Origin: Candidatus Nezhaarchaeota archaeon WYZ-LMO8 | GTDB taxonomy: Archaea; Thermoproteota; Methanomethylicia; Nezhaarchaeales; WYZ-LMO8 | Assembly (NCBI GenBank): GCA_004347965.1 | Contig: QNVF01000010.1 | Span: forward strand, 1 to 36,528 | DNA length: 36,528 nucleotides | Direction: 5' to 3' | Shown here: piece by piece, positions 25,878 to 36,528 of the stretch | Position numbering within the stretch: position 1 is the stretch's first letter | How the letters are laid out: each line of letters opens with the position of its first letter | Made by a program: the position numbers and the translations under genes | Notes under the pieces: generated by a model | Told to the model about the DNA's origin: nothing | Databases searched by the model: none | The model's input: the letters and a program-made list of their open reading frames with translations, nothing else

Positions 25878-27036
25878 GCAGCTTTAATTGTTTCAAGACG
25901 TACTCCCTTACCTCTCGAGGAGACTTCTCTTCATACACTACCTTCCCTTTTAGCACTATTGGCTTGAGCATCGACTCTACCTTAGAATTACACTTAGGGC
26001 ATCTATCCATTTCCCTTCCGTATAACGTAACGTAGTCCTCAAAGCAATTCCAACATCTGTACAGATTCTTCTTTCCAGGCCACTTACCCTTCTTCGATCT
26101 AGGCTCGCCTTCGACTTCAACTATGTCCATTGAGAGATCTATTGATAAAGGGAAAGCTATTGCAGTACCAACTCCAAAACCATCAGCTACATCTTTGAGC
26201 TGCGCAATTACTTCCTCGTCTACTCCTCCACTGACTATTATCTTAACGTGATTGAAGCCCTTAGCATTAAGGGTCCAGCGAGTTTCCTCTACTATCTTCC
26301 TCATATCTCCTCTTCTTGAGCTTGGAGTGTCAAATCTCACGGCATAAAGCCTTGAGCCCAAAGCCTCTGCCGCCATTAAGGCCTCCACCCTCTCATCAAA
26401 CCATGTATCGCATAAAGCTATTCTAGGTACGTCCTCTGGCATGTGCTTATCGAAAGCTTTCCAAGCCTTTACTTGATCTCCAAACACAACTATGAGAGCA
26501 TGGGGCATGGTACCAAGAGGTTTAAGCCCTAATCTCTCAGCTCCACACACATCCGATATTCCATCGCAGCCTCCTATGAAAGCTGCTCTGTCAACCATTG
26601 GTGCTATGATTGGGTGAACAGATCTAGTACCAAAGAATAGCAGCGGCTTATCTCCTGCACACTTTTTGCATCTAGCTGCTCTAGTCGCTATGCTGGTTGA
26701 GTGTCTCAAGGTGCCGAGGATAACAGTCTCGTATTCGCAGAATGCTTCGTATGGACCCTCAATGTTCATAACTGGATGAACTGGTCTAAACAGGGTTCCC
26801 TCGGGAAGCGAATAGACGTCTACTTCCTTACCTTCTAGAATCTTAGCAACTTCTCCAACTCCAACCAAGATAGCCCAATTAAAGCCCTTTGGCATTGAGT
26901 AGGCATGTATTTCAGCTACAACCCTAATGTTCGATAATCCTTCCTTTCTTAGTATCTCCTTGGTCCTCATAAAGTACACGTCAGTTACTTTGCCTTGAAT
27001 AATTTCGTCGAATGATGCCATTAAGAAGTTGGTCAT
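25846..27036 (-). CDS. pncB: Nicotinate phosphoribosyltransferase (archaeal type, C-terminal CxxC/CxxC ribbon)
   Basis: TDVYF, FGTR, GTMPHAL, VRFDTPSSRRG, SGG, FGVGT and SKKGK.PG.K. Confidence 0.92.
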   Translation of the reverse strand: MTNFLMASFDEIIQGKVTDVYFMRTKEILRKEGLSNIRVVAEIHAYSMPKGFNWAILVGVGEVAKILEGKEVDVYSLPEGTLFRPVHPVMNIEGPYEAFCEYETVILGTLRHSTSIATRAARCKKCAGDKPLLFFGTRSVHPIIAPMVDRAAFIGGCDGISDVCGAERLGLKPLGTMPHALIVVFGDQVKAWKAFDKHMPEDVPRIALCDTWFDERVEALMAAEALGSRLYAVRFDTPSSRRGDMRKIVEETRWTLNAKGFNHVKIIVSGGVDEEVIAQLKDVADGFGVGTAIAFPLSIDLSMDIVEVEGEPRSKKGKWPGKKNLYRCWNCFEDYVTLYGREMDRCPKCNSKVESMLKPIVLKGKVVYEEKSPREVREYVLKQLKLLKDLQLDSAR

Positions 27037-27150
27037 AAGGAGCCCTTCCAGGACCTGATGTAAGATCCTGGCAGTAATGGTAGTGTAGTTATATTAAAAA
27101 TTTTTCCCCAATAATTATCGAGTTTTATCTTAAGGATTAGGTGGAGAATT

Positions 27151-28455
27151 TTGAGATTAAGAGACCTCGTACTTCGCGAAGAGGATTTATTAACCATCGA
27201 GAGAGAGGTTTCACCTATTTTCGAAGCCCCTTTGATACTTAAGAGGAATGATGGAGGTCCAATAGTTCTATTTAAGAAGGTCGAGGGCTACGACATGTGG
27301 GCTGTGGGAAACGTTGTGGGATCAAGAAGGAGGTTGTTGAAGTGGCTTGGGATGGAGGATTATAGCAAAGCTTATGAGAAACTAATTAACGCCATAGAAA
27401 GCCCCATGAAGGCTCGTGAAGTCAGTGGATTTGCAGATTACTATGGCAAGCTTGAAGGAGGTTTAGATAAACTTCCAGTTTTCAAGTACTACGAAAAGGA
27501 TGCTGGCAGGTACATAACTAGCTCCGTTGTTGCTGCTGAGATCGACGGTATATGTAATGTCTCAATTCATAGGCTTCTGGTATTGGATAAGGATAAAGCG
27601 GCCATAAGGATCGTGCCCAGGCATCTCTATGCCCTATACATGAAGGCTAAGGAGAAAGGCATTGACCTACCAGTTGCCATAGTTGTGGGATGCCATCCAT
27701 TGATATTAATTGCTGCTGCATCATCTCCACCATTTGGAGTTAACGAGTTTTGGGTCGCCAATAAACTCCTCAATTGCGAAATGAAGGTGGTTGCGACGCC
27801 GAGGAATAACATCTTAGTTCCTACTGACGCCGAGATAGTGATGGAAGGTGTGATAAAGACGAACGAGTTAGTTGACGAGGGACCTTTTGCCGACGTAACT
27901 GGAACTTACGATGCAGTAAGGAAGCAACCAGTGCTGAACGTACATGCTATTTACGTGAAAAGTAATTCGTTGTACCAAGCAATATTGCCTGGTAGTTCTG
28001 AGCATAAACTCTTGATGGGCTTTCCTAAGGAAGTCGAATTGTGGATGGCTCTTAAAAGAGTCTTACCTGGCTTGCGCAGCATACGCTTAACTGAAGGTGG
28101 CTGTGGATGGCTTCACGCAGTCATAGCTGTAGACAAGATGACTGAGGGAGACGGTAAAACAGCAATAATGGCGGCCTTTGGAGCTCATCCAAGTCTTAAA
28201 CACGTAGTGGTTGTTGATGGCGACGTCGACGTTGACAATCCTAAAGATATTGAGTGGGCCATAGCAACTAGGTTTCAAGCCGATAGAGGGTTAATTATGA
28301 TAAGGGGTGCTAGAGGCTCAAGCCTAGATCCCTCTGCTGACCCAGAGACGCTACTAACATGTAAAGTTGGTGTGGACGCTACTAAGCCCCTAAAGATCAA
28401 TGCAGAGAGATTTGAGAGAGCTAGAATACCGGGGGAGACGAGTGAAGCTAAGTAA
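27151..28455 (+). CDS. UbiD-family prFMN decarboxylase, probably anhydromevalonate phosphate decarboxylase
   Basis: NVSIHR, EGPFADVTGTYD, EH..LMG, GGCGWLH, EWAIATRFQ and SSLDPS; immediately upstream of the AcnX subunits. Confidence 0.85.
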   Translation: MRLRDLVLREEDLLTIEREVSPIFEAPLILKRNDGGPIVLFKKVEGYDMWAVGNVVGSRRRLLKWLGMEDYSKAYEKLINAIESPMKAREVSGFADYYGKLEGGLDKLPVFKYYEKDAGRYITSSVVAAEIDGICNVSIHRLLVLDKDKAAIRIVPRHLYALYMKAKEKGIDLPVAIVVGCHPLILIAAASSPPFGVNEFWVANKLLNCEMKVVATPRNNILVPTDAEIVMEGVIKTNELVDEGPFADVTGTYDAVRKQPVLNVHAIYVKSNSLYQAILPGSSEHKLLMGFPKEVELWMALKRVLPGLRSIRLTEGGCGWLHAVIAVDKMTEGDGKTAIMAAFGAHPSLKHVVVVDGDVDVDNPKDIEWAIATRFQADRGLIMIRGARGSSLDPSADPETLLTCKVGVDATKPLKINAERFERARIPGETSEAK

Positions 28456-29623
28456 AATGGAGAAGCTCATGTTAAAAGGACGCTATGGAGAGGCTTGTAA
28501 GAGAGCCTTAGAGCTAGTAATTGCAATAGCAGAATCGTATGGCTATGGAGAGCTAGTAAGGATAAGGGGGGCTCACATATCAGGGATATCCTACAAAAAT
28601 ATAGGAGATAGCGGGCTTGAGTACATTAAGGATCTGGTAGAGGGTGGTGCTAAAGTTAGAGTTAAGACGACTACAAATCCTTGCGGCTTTGATCTTGATA
28701 AGCCATGGCTTTTTGATGTTGATGAAGGCTTTTTCAAGAAGCAGATGGAGATAATAAGGTTGCTCAAGGAGATGGGTGCTAAGCTTTCTCTTACCTGCAC
28801 GCCGTACTACGTCGATAACAGACCTCGAAGAGGAGATCATATTGCGTGGGCTGAGTCGTCAGCAGTTATATATGCTAATAGTGTTATTGGCGCTTATACT
28901 ACTAGGGAGAGTGGCCCCTCAGCGTTAGCTGCAGCCATCACTGGAAGATCTGCTCTAACTAGAGATCACACCGACGAAAGGAAGCCGAGTATTATGGTCA
29001 ATGTTCAAGCCAAAGTATTCGATTACTTAGACTGGAGCCTTTTGGGGTATGTCGTAGGCAAGCTTGCTCCCGATGAAAGGCCATTACTAAGAGTTAAGAG
29101 AGTGACATGTAGTAGCGATGAGCTTAAGTGCTTCTGTGCAGGTCTTGGAGCTTCAAGTACGACGTCTATCTTCTGGCTTACAACTAGTGACTATAATGTA
29201 GTACAAGGCGTTAAACGCATCAAAGTAACACATAGGGATTTGAGGAGGGCCAGAGATGAGTGGGCCTTAACGAGAAGACCTACCCTCGTATTCATAGGAT
29301 GTCCTCATTGCAGCCTTAGAGAAATTAAGGAAATAGCTAAAGAACTTAGGGGGAAGAGAGTTAAGGAGGACATTAAGCTCTTTATATCAACCTCAAGAAG
29401 CATTTACGCAATGGCCTCTGAGCTAGGCCTTGTTGAGGTTTTAGAGAGAGCTAGGGCCCACTTAATTAAGGACACATGCCTTATTGTCTCACCAATTAAA
29501 TTGTCGAAGAACGATGTGGTACTAACCGACTCTGCTAAGACGGCTTACTATGCTGAGACTATGACTAATGTTATGGTAGCTGTGGAGGGTAGGAGGAAAT
29601 GCCTAGAGGAGGCAACGAAGTAA
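28442..29623 (+). CDS. Aconitase X large subunit (DUF521), probably phosphomevalonate dehydratase large subunit
   Basis: HISGISYKNIG, TTNP.G.D, TCTPY, WAESSAV.YANSV.GA.T and IGCPH. A GTG start at 28442 gives the family-like N-terminus MKLSKMEKLMLKG; the track start is 28400. Confidence 0.88.
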   Translation: MKLSKMEKLMLKGRYGEACKRALELVIAIAESYGYGELVRIRGAHISGISYKNIGDSGLEYIKDLVEGGAKVRVKTTTNPCGFDLDKPWLFDVDEGFFKKQMEIIRLLKEMGAKLSLTCTPYYVDNRPRRGDHIAWAESSAVIYANSVIGAYTTRESGPSALAAAITGRSALTRDHTDERKPSIMVNVQAKVFDYLDWSLLGYVVGKLAPDERPLLRVKRVTCSSDELKCFCAGLGASSTTSIFWLTTSDYNVVQGVKRIKVTHRDLRRARDEWALTRRPTLVFIGCPHCSLREIKEIAKELRGKRVKEDIKLFISTSRSIYAMASELGLVEVLERARAHLIKDTCLIVSPIKLSKNDVVLTDSAKTAYYAETMTNVMVAVEGRRKCLEEATK

Positions 29624-30024
29624 TATTTAGGGGTAAAGGATTGGTAAAGGGATATTTTCGTGGAGAAGCTCTGGTAACCAGTATGCCTATATCATTTCTA
29701 GGTGGAGTTGATCCTTTAACTGGAATGATCGTTGAAAGAGGGCATGAACTGAGGGGCAAAGTTCTAGCCGATAGAGTGTTAATCCTACCTCACGGCAAGG
29801 GTAGTACTGTTGGTTCCTACGTCATTTACTCCCTAGCAAAGAGGGGACTTGCGCCTCGAGCTATTGCAACCTTGAGGGCTGATGTAATGATCTTAACTGG
29901 ATGCGTGATAAGCGGAATACCCCTCTTAGATGGGATACCGATAGAAACATTAAGTGCGATTAGATCTGGTGACGTAGTGGAGATTGATGCTTCTCGCGGA
30001 ATACTAAGAAGAACTTCTAGGTAG
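29599..30024 (+). CDS. Aconitase X small/swiveling subunit (DUF126), probably phosphomevalonate dehydratase small subunit
   Basis: ISFLGGVDP.TG, GKGSTVGSYV and AP.AI. Confidence 0.9.
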   Translation: MPRGGNEVIFRGKGLVKGYFRGEALVTSMPISFLGGVDPLTGMIVERGHELRGKVLADRVLILPHGKGSTVGSYVIYSLAKRGLAPRAIATLRADVMILTGCVISGIPLLDGIPIETLSAIRSGDVVEIDASRGILRRTSR

Positions 30025-31290
30025 AAGTGATTGAATGACCTTTTCACTAGCCTTTGCTACCTCTCTCCTCATACTAGGGTGAGAATATACTCTTATTATG
30101 TTCACGTAGCCTCTAAGGCTCTCTACAAGCTTAGAAAATTCGGTTAGTCTCCTCTTGACTAAGACTCCCTCCCTATCCTCACAAACAGGAATATCCATGG
30201 GATCTGGTTGTGTTGGCGTGTAGGGTAACGATGGTATCATTGGAGTATCGACGACAACCATCCATTGATCTACCTTAGCCTCCTTCGCTATAGCCTCCTC
30301 AATCTCCTCCTTAAGCTTCTCGTTAATTATGCAGGAGCTTTCTGTCTTGTGGACGATGATCTCGTAGACGGATTTAAATAAATTCCTCCTCTCAAGCATA
30401 TCATGAAGGTCGCAAGATACCCTCATCTCTTTAGTTAGGTCTTCTCTCCTCTTAGACAGTCTTCTTAACTCTAGCTCTACGTAGCTATCATCCATGGATA
30501 GATAGTCATCTATACTGTCGAAGTTGAAGAGGCCTTCGCATTGATAGGCTATATTTACGGCTTTTCGAAGCATAATCCATGCAGCTCTCACAGTTTTATG
30601 GAAGTAGACAGCTTTGAACATCTCGTATCTCGATATCAACAGTGATTCAAGAGCATAAAGGCTGGCTGGAAGCTCTAAGGCTAGAGAAGCATCTACAAGT
30701 CTAAGTGACATTAATAGACGAATAGCATCCACTTTACCGTACTCTACACCTGTATAATATGAATCCCGCAGTAAGAAGTCAAGCTTATCTAAATCGAATG
30801 GTCCTGAAATCAGGATGCTTAATGGGGAGCTTAACCTGCCAACAGATAGTAGCGATACCCTATGGGGGCTATAGCCAAATTCCTCTATCTTGTCCTTAAT
30901 TTCGGTGTTCTCTATTATCTTCATGGTTAGGTCTTCGTGTGAGAGGGCCTTATGTCTTAAAACTGCTTCTTCAAAGAGGTGGGAGAAGGGGCCGTGACCA
31001 ACATCGTGTAGGAGAGCAGCTAACCTTAGCTCTTGGAGCTCATCAGTTAAGATTCCCAAGTCAAGAAGCTTATTGCTTGCTATTGAGGCCAAGTGGAAAA
31101 CACCTAGTGAATGACCAAATCTACTATGATACGCTCCAGGATACGTTAAGTATGCGTTACCAAGTTGCTTGATCCTATGCAATCTCTGCATGGGATACGT
31201 GTCCAACACATTCTTCTCCAACTCATTTACTATCACATAGCCATGGACTGGATCTCTTATTTCTCCCCAAACCTTAGGGCTTTTCATCAT
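30004..31290 (-). CDS. HD-domain phosphohydrolase (SAMHD1/dNTP triphosphohydrolase-like)
   Basis: IRDPVHG, QRL..IKQLG, HSRFGHSLG, LLHDVGHGPFSH, D.DKLDFLLRDS and VYFHK. Confidence 0.9.
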   Translation of the reverse strand: MMKSPKVWGEIRDPVHGYVIVNELEKNVLDTYPMQRLHRIKQLGNAYLTYPGAYHSRFGHSLGVFHLASIASNKLLDLGILTDELQELRLAALLHDVGHGPFSHLFEEAVLRHKALSHEDLTMKIIENTEIKDKIEEFGYSPHRVSLLSVGRLSSPLSILISGPFDLDKLDFLLRDSYYTGVEYGKVDAIRLLMSLRLVDASLALELPASLYALESLLISRYEMFKAVYFHKTVRAAWIMLRKAVNIAYQCEGLFNFDSIDDYLSMDDSYVELELRRLSKRREDLTKEMRVSCDLHDMLERRNLFKSVYEIIVHKTESSCIINEKLKEEIEEAIAKEAKVDQWMVVVDTPMIPSLPYTPTQPDPMDIPVCEDREGVLVKRRLTEFSKLVESLRGYVNIIRVYSHPSMRREVAKASEKVIQSLLPRSSS

Positions 31291-31886
31291 TAAATGTTGA
31301 CCCCACGTCTCCTAAGTTCAATTGTAACATAGCTCCTTATATCTGAAGCAACAACTTCAAGCGGTCTCGAGGAATCGATGATGATCCATTGGTTCTTAAA
31401 GGCTATGTCAAGAAAGTTTCTTCTAACGACTTCTAAGAATTTCTGTTTCTCGAATTTCTCTCGAAGAGAAGGCTTTCGAGATAGCGATATATCTGGGCTA
31501 ACGTCCAGTATTATTGATATGTCTGGTTTAAGCGAGAACTTGTTTATTTCAAGTAACCATCTTAGCTCTAGTCCTTGAGCATATTGGTAAGCCAATGACG
31601 ATATTAAAGATCTATCTGAGATCACTATGACGCCTTCTTCAAGGAGCTTTTTAATCAACATTGAATGTTCGACTCTATCAGCTGCAAAGAGGAGAGCATC
31701 AATCGCTGGGTGCACATCTTCGTCGTGTAAATAGTTCCTAATTACTGAGCCTATCCTCCCCGCTGTGGGCTCTTTGGTTGTATGCACCCTCAGGCCTTTT
31801 GAGACTAGCCAATTTGCAAGTAACCTTGTATGAGTGGTAGACCCAGCTCCATCTATACCATCAAAAGATATGTATAGACCCTTCAT
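31290..31886 (-). CDS. tmk: Thymidylate kinase (P-loop Lys replaced by Ser)
   Basis: GIDGAGSTT, TKEPT, LLFAADR.EH, ISDR and SSLAYQ. Confidence 0.9.
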   Translation of the reverse strand: MKGLYISFDGIDGAGSTTHTRLLANWLVSKGLRVHTTKEPTAGRIGSVIRNYLHDEDVHPAIDALLFAADRVEHSMLIKKLLEEGVIVISDRSLISSLAYQYAQGLELRWLLEINKFSLKPDISIILDVSPDISLSRKPSLREKFEKQKFLEVVRRNFLDIAFKNQWIIIDSSRPLEVVASDIRSYVTIELRRRGVNI

Positions 31887-31933
31887 ATACGTCTCTCCGT
31901 AAGTGCATAATTAATGGTTGCGATTCAGGCATC

Positions 31934-33232
31934 TTAAAATCCCGCCTCTATAGGGTCCTCTGGCTTCATAACTTCCCTTAGGAGTATAGTTGCGTAACTT
32001 GATTTAGGTAACGTGAACTTCATCCTTAAAAGATTAGTCTCAATGGTATAAGACAGATTTAGAGGCTTGAAGGTCAATTGTCTTAGAAGGCCTAACCTAC
32101 CATGTAGACCTAAATTCTCAAGACTATTAAATGGAGGTTCCAATCCCTCCAACTTAAAGAGAGATGATATCAAATCACTCATGTAGCCCTCAACCCTAGC
32201 CTTGATGCATGCGGGGACGAATGCTAATATTATCTGGTCTCCTTTTAGATCCATGTGCGAGCTTTTGGCTATGAACGTGGGTCTAACAGGGTTTCCATAC
32301 GCATCACATCTAGCTATGATGTCTCCTTCCATCACCTTCCTTAGAGAACCTAGTTTACGCAATCTTTCACTTAACGCTCTATTGAATATATAGGAAAGGT
32401 AGGCATCGACGTGCAACGTCAACAAGTATTTGGGTAGCACTCTCAAAGAGCCTAAGTAATCGTTGGGCTTCTTCGCAAGCCACTTTATCATTTGGCGCTC
32501 AAAAATTAAGTTCTTGGGGAACTTTTTGAGGGCTTGCTTAAAGTCCATGGTTTCAGCTAAGAATGTTCTTGCATCTCTGTGGCTTTTAGGTTCATGTGGA
32601 TATGGAGTTGCTAATATTTCCATGACTGCATTCTCGTAGTCCCCCTTAATTAATAGCTTACCGACTATGTGCGTATTGGGTCTATTGATGCCGAATCTCT
32701 GATAACCATAGAAGTTCGGGACGCCTCCTATTGCGTTCAGTTGAGATAGCGTTTCTGTCACAACATTCTCGACTTCACTCATTGGGAGGTTGATGTCCCT
32801 AATGGTTATCGTGAAGCTATTTCCAAGTAGCATGCCAGGCCTGAGATGTTTCTTTGCTTTGTATATCCCGACTATCTTCAACTTCTCGCTTGAAATGTTT
32901 GAAACGTCGAAGTTCTCGGGCACCTTAATCGTAAATCTTTGTATGGAGATGGATCTAGTGTCCTTTAAACCAGCAAAGCCAACGTCTCGTAGTGGTATCT
33001 TCAGTTTCTTAGAAAGCATTAGTGCTGCTGTCAACGTGTCTATGCCCCTCTTTTCTACCACTAGTAGTACTAGGTTTCCGAATGTACCTCCATGGAGAGG
33101 TACTTCCTCAACCACAAAGTCCTCTAACCTCTTCCTCAAGACTCCACCAATACCTCTAGTTGATGTGCCATAGACTTCGATGCCCAAGGAAATGTCTAAC
33201 ACCGATTTAGATTCCAAGACCATGAGCATCAC
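31934..33232 (-). CDS. truD: tRNA pseudouridine(13) synthase
   Basis: EDFVVEE, AGLKD (catalytic Asp), GNSFTITIR, PNFYGYQRFG and SYATILLREVMK. Confidence 0.93.
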   Translation of the reverse strand: MMLMVLESKSVLDISLGIEVYGTSTRGIGGVLRKRLEDFVVEEVPLHGGTFGNLVLLVVEKRGIDTLTAALMLSKKLKIPLRDVGFAGLKDTRSISIQRFTIKVPENFDVSNISSEKLKIVGIYKAKKHLRPGMLLGNSFTITIRDINLPMSEVENVVTETLSQLNAIGGVPNFYGYQRFGINRPNTHIVGKLLIKGDYENAVMEILATPYPHEPKSHRDARTFLAETMDFKQALKKFPKNLIFERQMIKWLAKKPNDYLGSLRVLPKYLLTLHVDAYLSYIFNRALSERLRKLGSLRKVMEGDIIARCDAYGNPVRPTFIAKSSHMDLKGDQIILAFVPACIKARVEGYMSDLISSLFKLEGLEPPFNSLENLGLHGRLGLLRQLTFKPLNLSYTIETNLLRMKFTLPKSSYATILLREVMKPEDPIEAGF

Positions 33233-33615
33233 AACAATTTTAAGTGACCTGTTACCTTATCTATGAGTGATGATGGTGCGGGACCTATCCCCAATGCTGT
33301 AATTGTGCCTGGCTCAAGTTCTGTTAGACCTGCATCGCAAACAAGGTAGCAAGGTATTCCAAGCTTCTTCACTTCTCGCTCTAAGTTTCTCAATTCTTCT
33401 ACGGATTGAACCCCTAAGACAACCTTCTTTTGGCATTGTTGAAACCATATCTCAACCCATTCAGGCTTTAACTTCCTAGCCTCTTCAAGGCTTGAAACGG
33501 ATGCATGCGCTACTTGAGCGCAAGTCTTGCCCCTACTCATCTTTAAATCTCTTCTTACGACTATCACCTGCTTAAGCTCCATCAAGCACATAAAGCTACT
33601 TAAGTTATAAAGCAT
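33229..33615 (-). CDS. pth2: Peptidyl-tRNA hydrolase Pth2 (true start may be the internal MELKQ)
   Basis: KQVIVVRRDLKMSRGK..AQVAHA, KKVVL, DAGLTEL.PGT and GIGP. Confidence 0.95.
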   Translation of the reverse strand: MLYNLSSFMCLMELKQVIVVRRDLKMSRGKTCAQVAHASVSSLEEARKLKPEWVEIWFQQCQKKVVLGVQSVEELRNLEREVKKLGIPCYLVCDAGLTELEPGTITALGIGPAPSSLIDKVTGHLKLL

Positions 33616-33643
33616 CTACCCTATGAAATTAGTGGTGTAAAGA

Positions 33644-34843
33644 GTGAAGTGCGTGGATGTGGTGGTGATAGGTGGAGGCCCCTCTGGTCTAAGTGCTGCT
33701 TGGAGTGCTGCATCTCAAGGATCAGATGTCATACTATTTGAGGAGCATGAGGAGATAGGGAGACCTAGGCATTGTGCTGGGCTTGTAAGTGGTGAGGGAT
33801 TGAAGTTCATCGGTATGCCTTGTAAAAGTGAGTACGTGGAGAATATGGTGGACAAGGCCATAATTGCAGTAGACGGCTTTTGTTTTGAATTAAGGAAGAT
33901 TGGAGAACCGATTTACGTGTTAAATCGTGAGTTCTTTGACAAGGCCATGGCTGATCGGGCTATGAATCGTGGAGCTAATATACTACTAAAAAGTCAAGTG
34001 AAGAAGGTCGAAATGAGAAATGGCAAGTACATTGTCAAAACCGAGGGGGCTTCCTACTCGTGCAAGATAGTTATTGATGGTGAGGGAGCTATCTCTCGAT
34101 TAGCATCAACCATGGGCTTAGAGGGACCAATGCTTAGAATACCTGCTCTTCAAGTAGAGTATAAGGTTAAAGCGCCCTTAGAAAACGAGGTCCTCGTAAT
34201 TCTAGGTAATGAATGGGCTCCTGGCTTTTTCTCGTGGGTCATACCAATAGGTGATCATGAATTGAGGATTGGGCTAGCAGCAACATCAGATAATTGCAAT
34301 TCTTTGCTTAGAAGGATTACTAAGAGACACCCCCTAGTTTCTAAGATTTTGAAGGAGGGTATTGTAAAGAAGATTTATGGAGGGACAATAGTAATAGGTC
34401 CCCCAAGAAGAACTTATATAGGAAACTTCATGACTGTGGGCGACGCAGCTGGTCAGACTAAGCCTTTGACTGGTGGGGGCGTGGTCTATGGAGCTTTTTG
34501 TGGTTCCTTAGCAGGCATCGTTGCATCTAAAGTCGTAGAAGGAAAAGCTGATACTGCCCTCTATGAGAAGATTTGGAGGAAGATTTTAGGTTTAGAGGAA
34601 AGATTGGGGCTGCTGCTAAGAGAGACTTTAATCAGCGATGACGTTGGGAGACTTCTAAAGTTGGTCTCAAAGATTGGTATACTCTCACATGTTGAGAGGA
34701 ATTTTCACTATGAATACCATGTAAGATCGATCATCAAGAAGCCTGGAATACTAATATTAAGTTCCCTTCTCTTAAACCTCCTAAGTCCAACGAAAGCATT
34801 TAAATACTTCCTGCAAATCACGCTTCCTAAGCGGAGGAGATAG
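33644..34843 (+). CDS. Geranylgeranyl reductase family flavoprotein
   Basis: GGGPSG FAD-binding motif, P.HCAG, FFSWVIP and VGDAAGQTKPLTGGG. Confidence 0.88.
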   Translation: MKCVDVVVIGGGPSGLSAAWSAASQGSDVILFEEHEEIGRPRHCAGLVSGEGLKFIGMPCKSEYVENMVDKAIIAVDGFCFELRKIGEPIYVLNREFFDKAMADRAMNRGANILLKSQVKKVEMRNGKYIVKTEGASYSCKIVIDGEGAISRLASTMGLEGPMLRIPALQVEYKVKAPLENEVLVILGNEWAPGFFSWVIPIGDHELRIGLAATSDNCNSLLRRITKRHPLVSKILKEGIVKKIYGGTIVIGPPRRTYIGNFMTVGDAAGQTKPLTGGGVVYGAFCGSLAGIVASKVVEGKADTALYEKIWRKILGLEERLGLLLRETLISDDVGRLLKLVSKIGILSHVERNFHYEYHVRSIIKKPGILILSSLLLNLLSPTKAFKYFLQITLPKRRR

Positions 34844-34847
34844 AAGA

Positions 34848-35024
34848 TTGTCTGAAGTACAGTTACCCCTATGCTCTTCGTGTAAAAGACCTATAATTCC
34901 CGGAACCAAAAGTACTAGATTCTACTGTCCTAACTGTGGAGAGTCTCTATTCTGGAGATGTTGGTACTGCAGAAAGCATACCAAACCTTATAAGTGTCCT
35001 AAATGTGGATTTCAGGGACCATAG
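34848..35024 (+). CDS. Small zinc-finger protein (DUF1610/HVO_2753-like), 58 aa; not in the ORF track
   Basis: TTG start; MSEVQLPLCSSCKRPIIPGTKSTRFYCPNCGESLFWRCWYCRKHTKPYKCPKCGFQGP with four CxxC motifs; conserved position upstream of EF-1beta. Confidence 0.92.
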   Translation: MSEVQLPLCSSCKRPIIPGTKSTRFYCPNCGESLFWRCWYCRKHTKPYKCPKCGFQGP

Positions 35025-35315
35025 GTGGTTCGCTTGGCTAAGGTCATGGTCTTTTTGAGGGTTTTACCCATTGACATAGAGGTGGACATGGAGAGTTTAA
35101 AGGATAGAATTCGAACAGCTGTCGTTAAATTAGGTGAAGGTTTCGCGCTTCAATCTTACAGTATAGAACCTATAGCTTTTGGTCTCAAAGCTTTGAGACT
35201 TGCCGTCGTAATGCCTGAGGAGACTGAAGGAGGAACGTACATCTTAGAGGAGACTATAAGGAACATAGAGGGTGTTGGAGAAATTGAAGTAGAGTTCGTT
35301 TCAAGAGCAAGCTGA
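35025..35315 (+). CDS. ef1b: Elongation factor aEF-1beta (likely start TTG at 35034)
   Basis: LP.DIEVD, EPIAFGLKAL and EGGT..LEE.I..IEGV. Confidence 0.94.
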   Translation: MVRLAKVMVFLRVLPIDIEVDMESLKDRIRTAVVKLGEGFALQSYSIEPIAFGLKALRLAVVMPEETEGGTYILEETIRNIEGVGEIEVEFVSRAS

Positions 35316-35418
35316 GAATAAGCTTAATAATAGGAATAAGAAGCATTATCACGCTAACTAAGAGTTTTGTCTACGATACATGTTAACTTAAGAATGACTT
35401 GAAGATCTTGAGGTGTAA

Positions 35419-36528
<1,110 letters not shown>

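Noticed and set aside
30004..31290. SAMHD1-like HD protein as an antiviral dNTP-depletion system
   Set aside because: It is coupled to tmk in a housekeeping operon, with no defence-island context.

Overview
Gene-dense archaeal housekeeping region, probably from an anaerobic, thermophilic TACK/Thermoproteota-type archaeon. That placement is inferred from aIF-1A, aIF-2beta, aEF-1beta, NMD3, RIO1, Pth2, CDC48, intron-containing tRNAs, a non-catalytic splicing endonuclease subunit and a tungsten-type AOR. In order, the window holds: a rearranged A/V-type ATP synthase cluster (possible subunit K start, a small membrane protein, subunits C, I, H/G and E); an Lrp regulator; tRNA-Gln; a ferredoxin/DUF59/SAMP/MtaB group; metG; the ribosome-biogenesis/translation cluster with rio1 inverted; ahcY-mtnP plus a purine PRTase; AOR plus a class II aldolase; intron-containing tRNA-Asn and tRNA-Tyr; core MetE; hisS and an endA beta-like subunit; hycI and pncB; the modified mevalonate genes (UbiD-like, AcnX large and small); HD protein, tmk, truD and pth2; GGR, a Zn-finger protein, EF-1beta and a partial cdc48. 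I saw no mobile element, CRISPR array or defence island. The most unusual signal is in the ATP synthase: subunit C carries an N-terminal AtpZ/AtpI-like two-helix membrane hairpin, and subunit I has a tandemly duplicated N-terminal module and apparently lacks the usual distal lobe. All family assignments come from motif recognition by eye; no searches were run.
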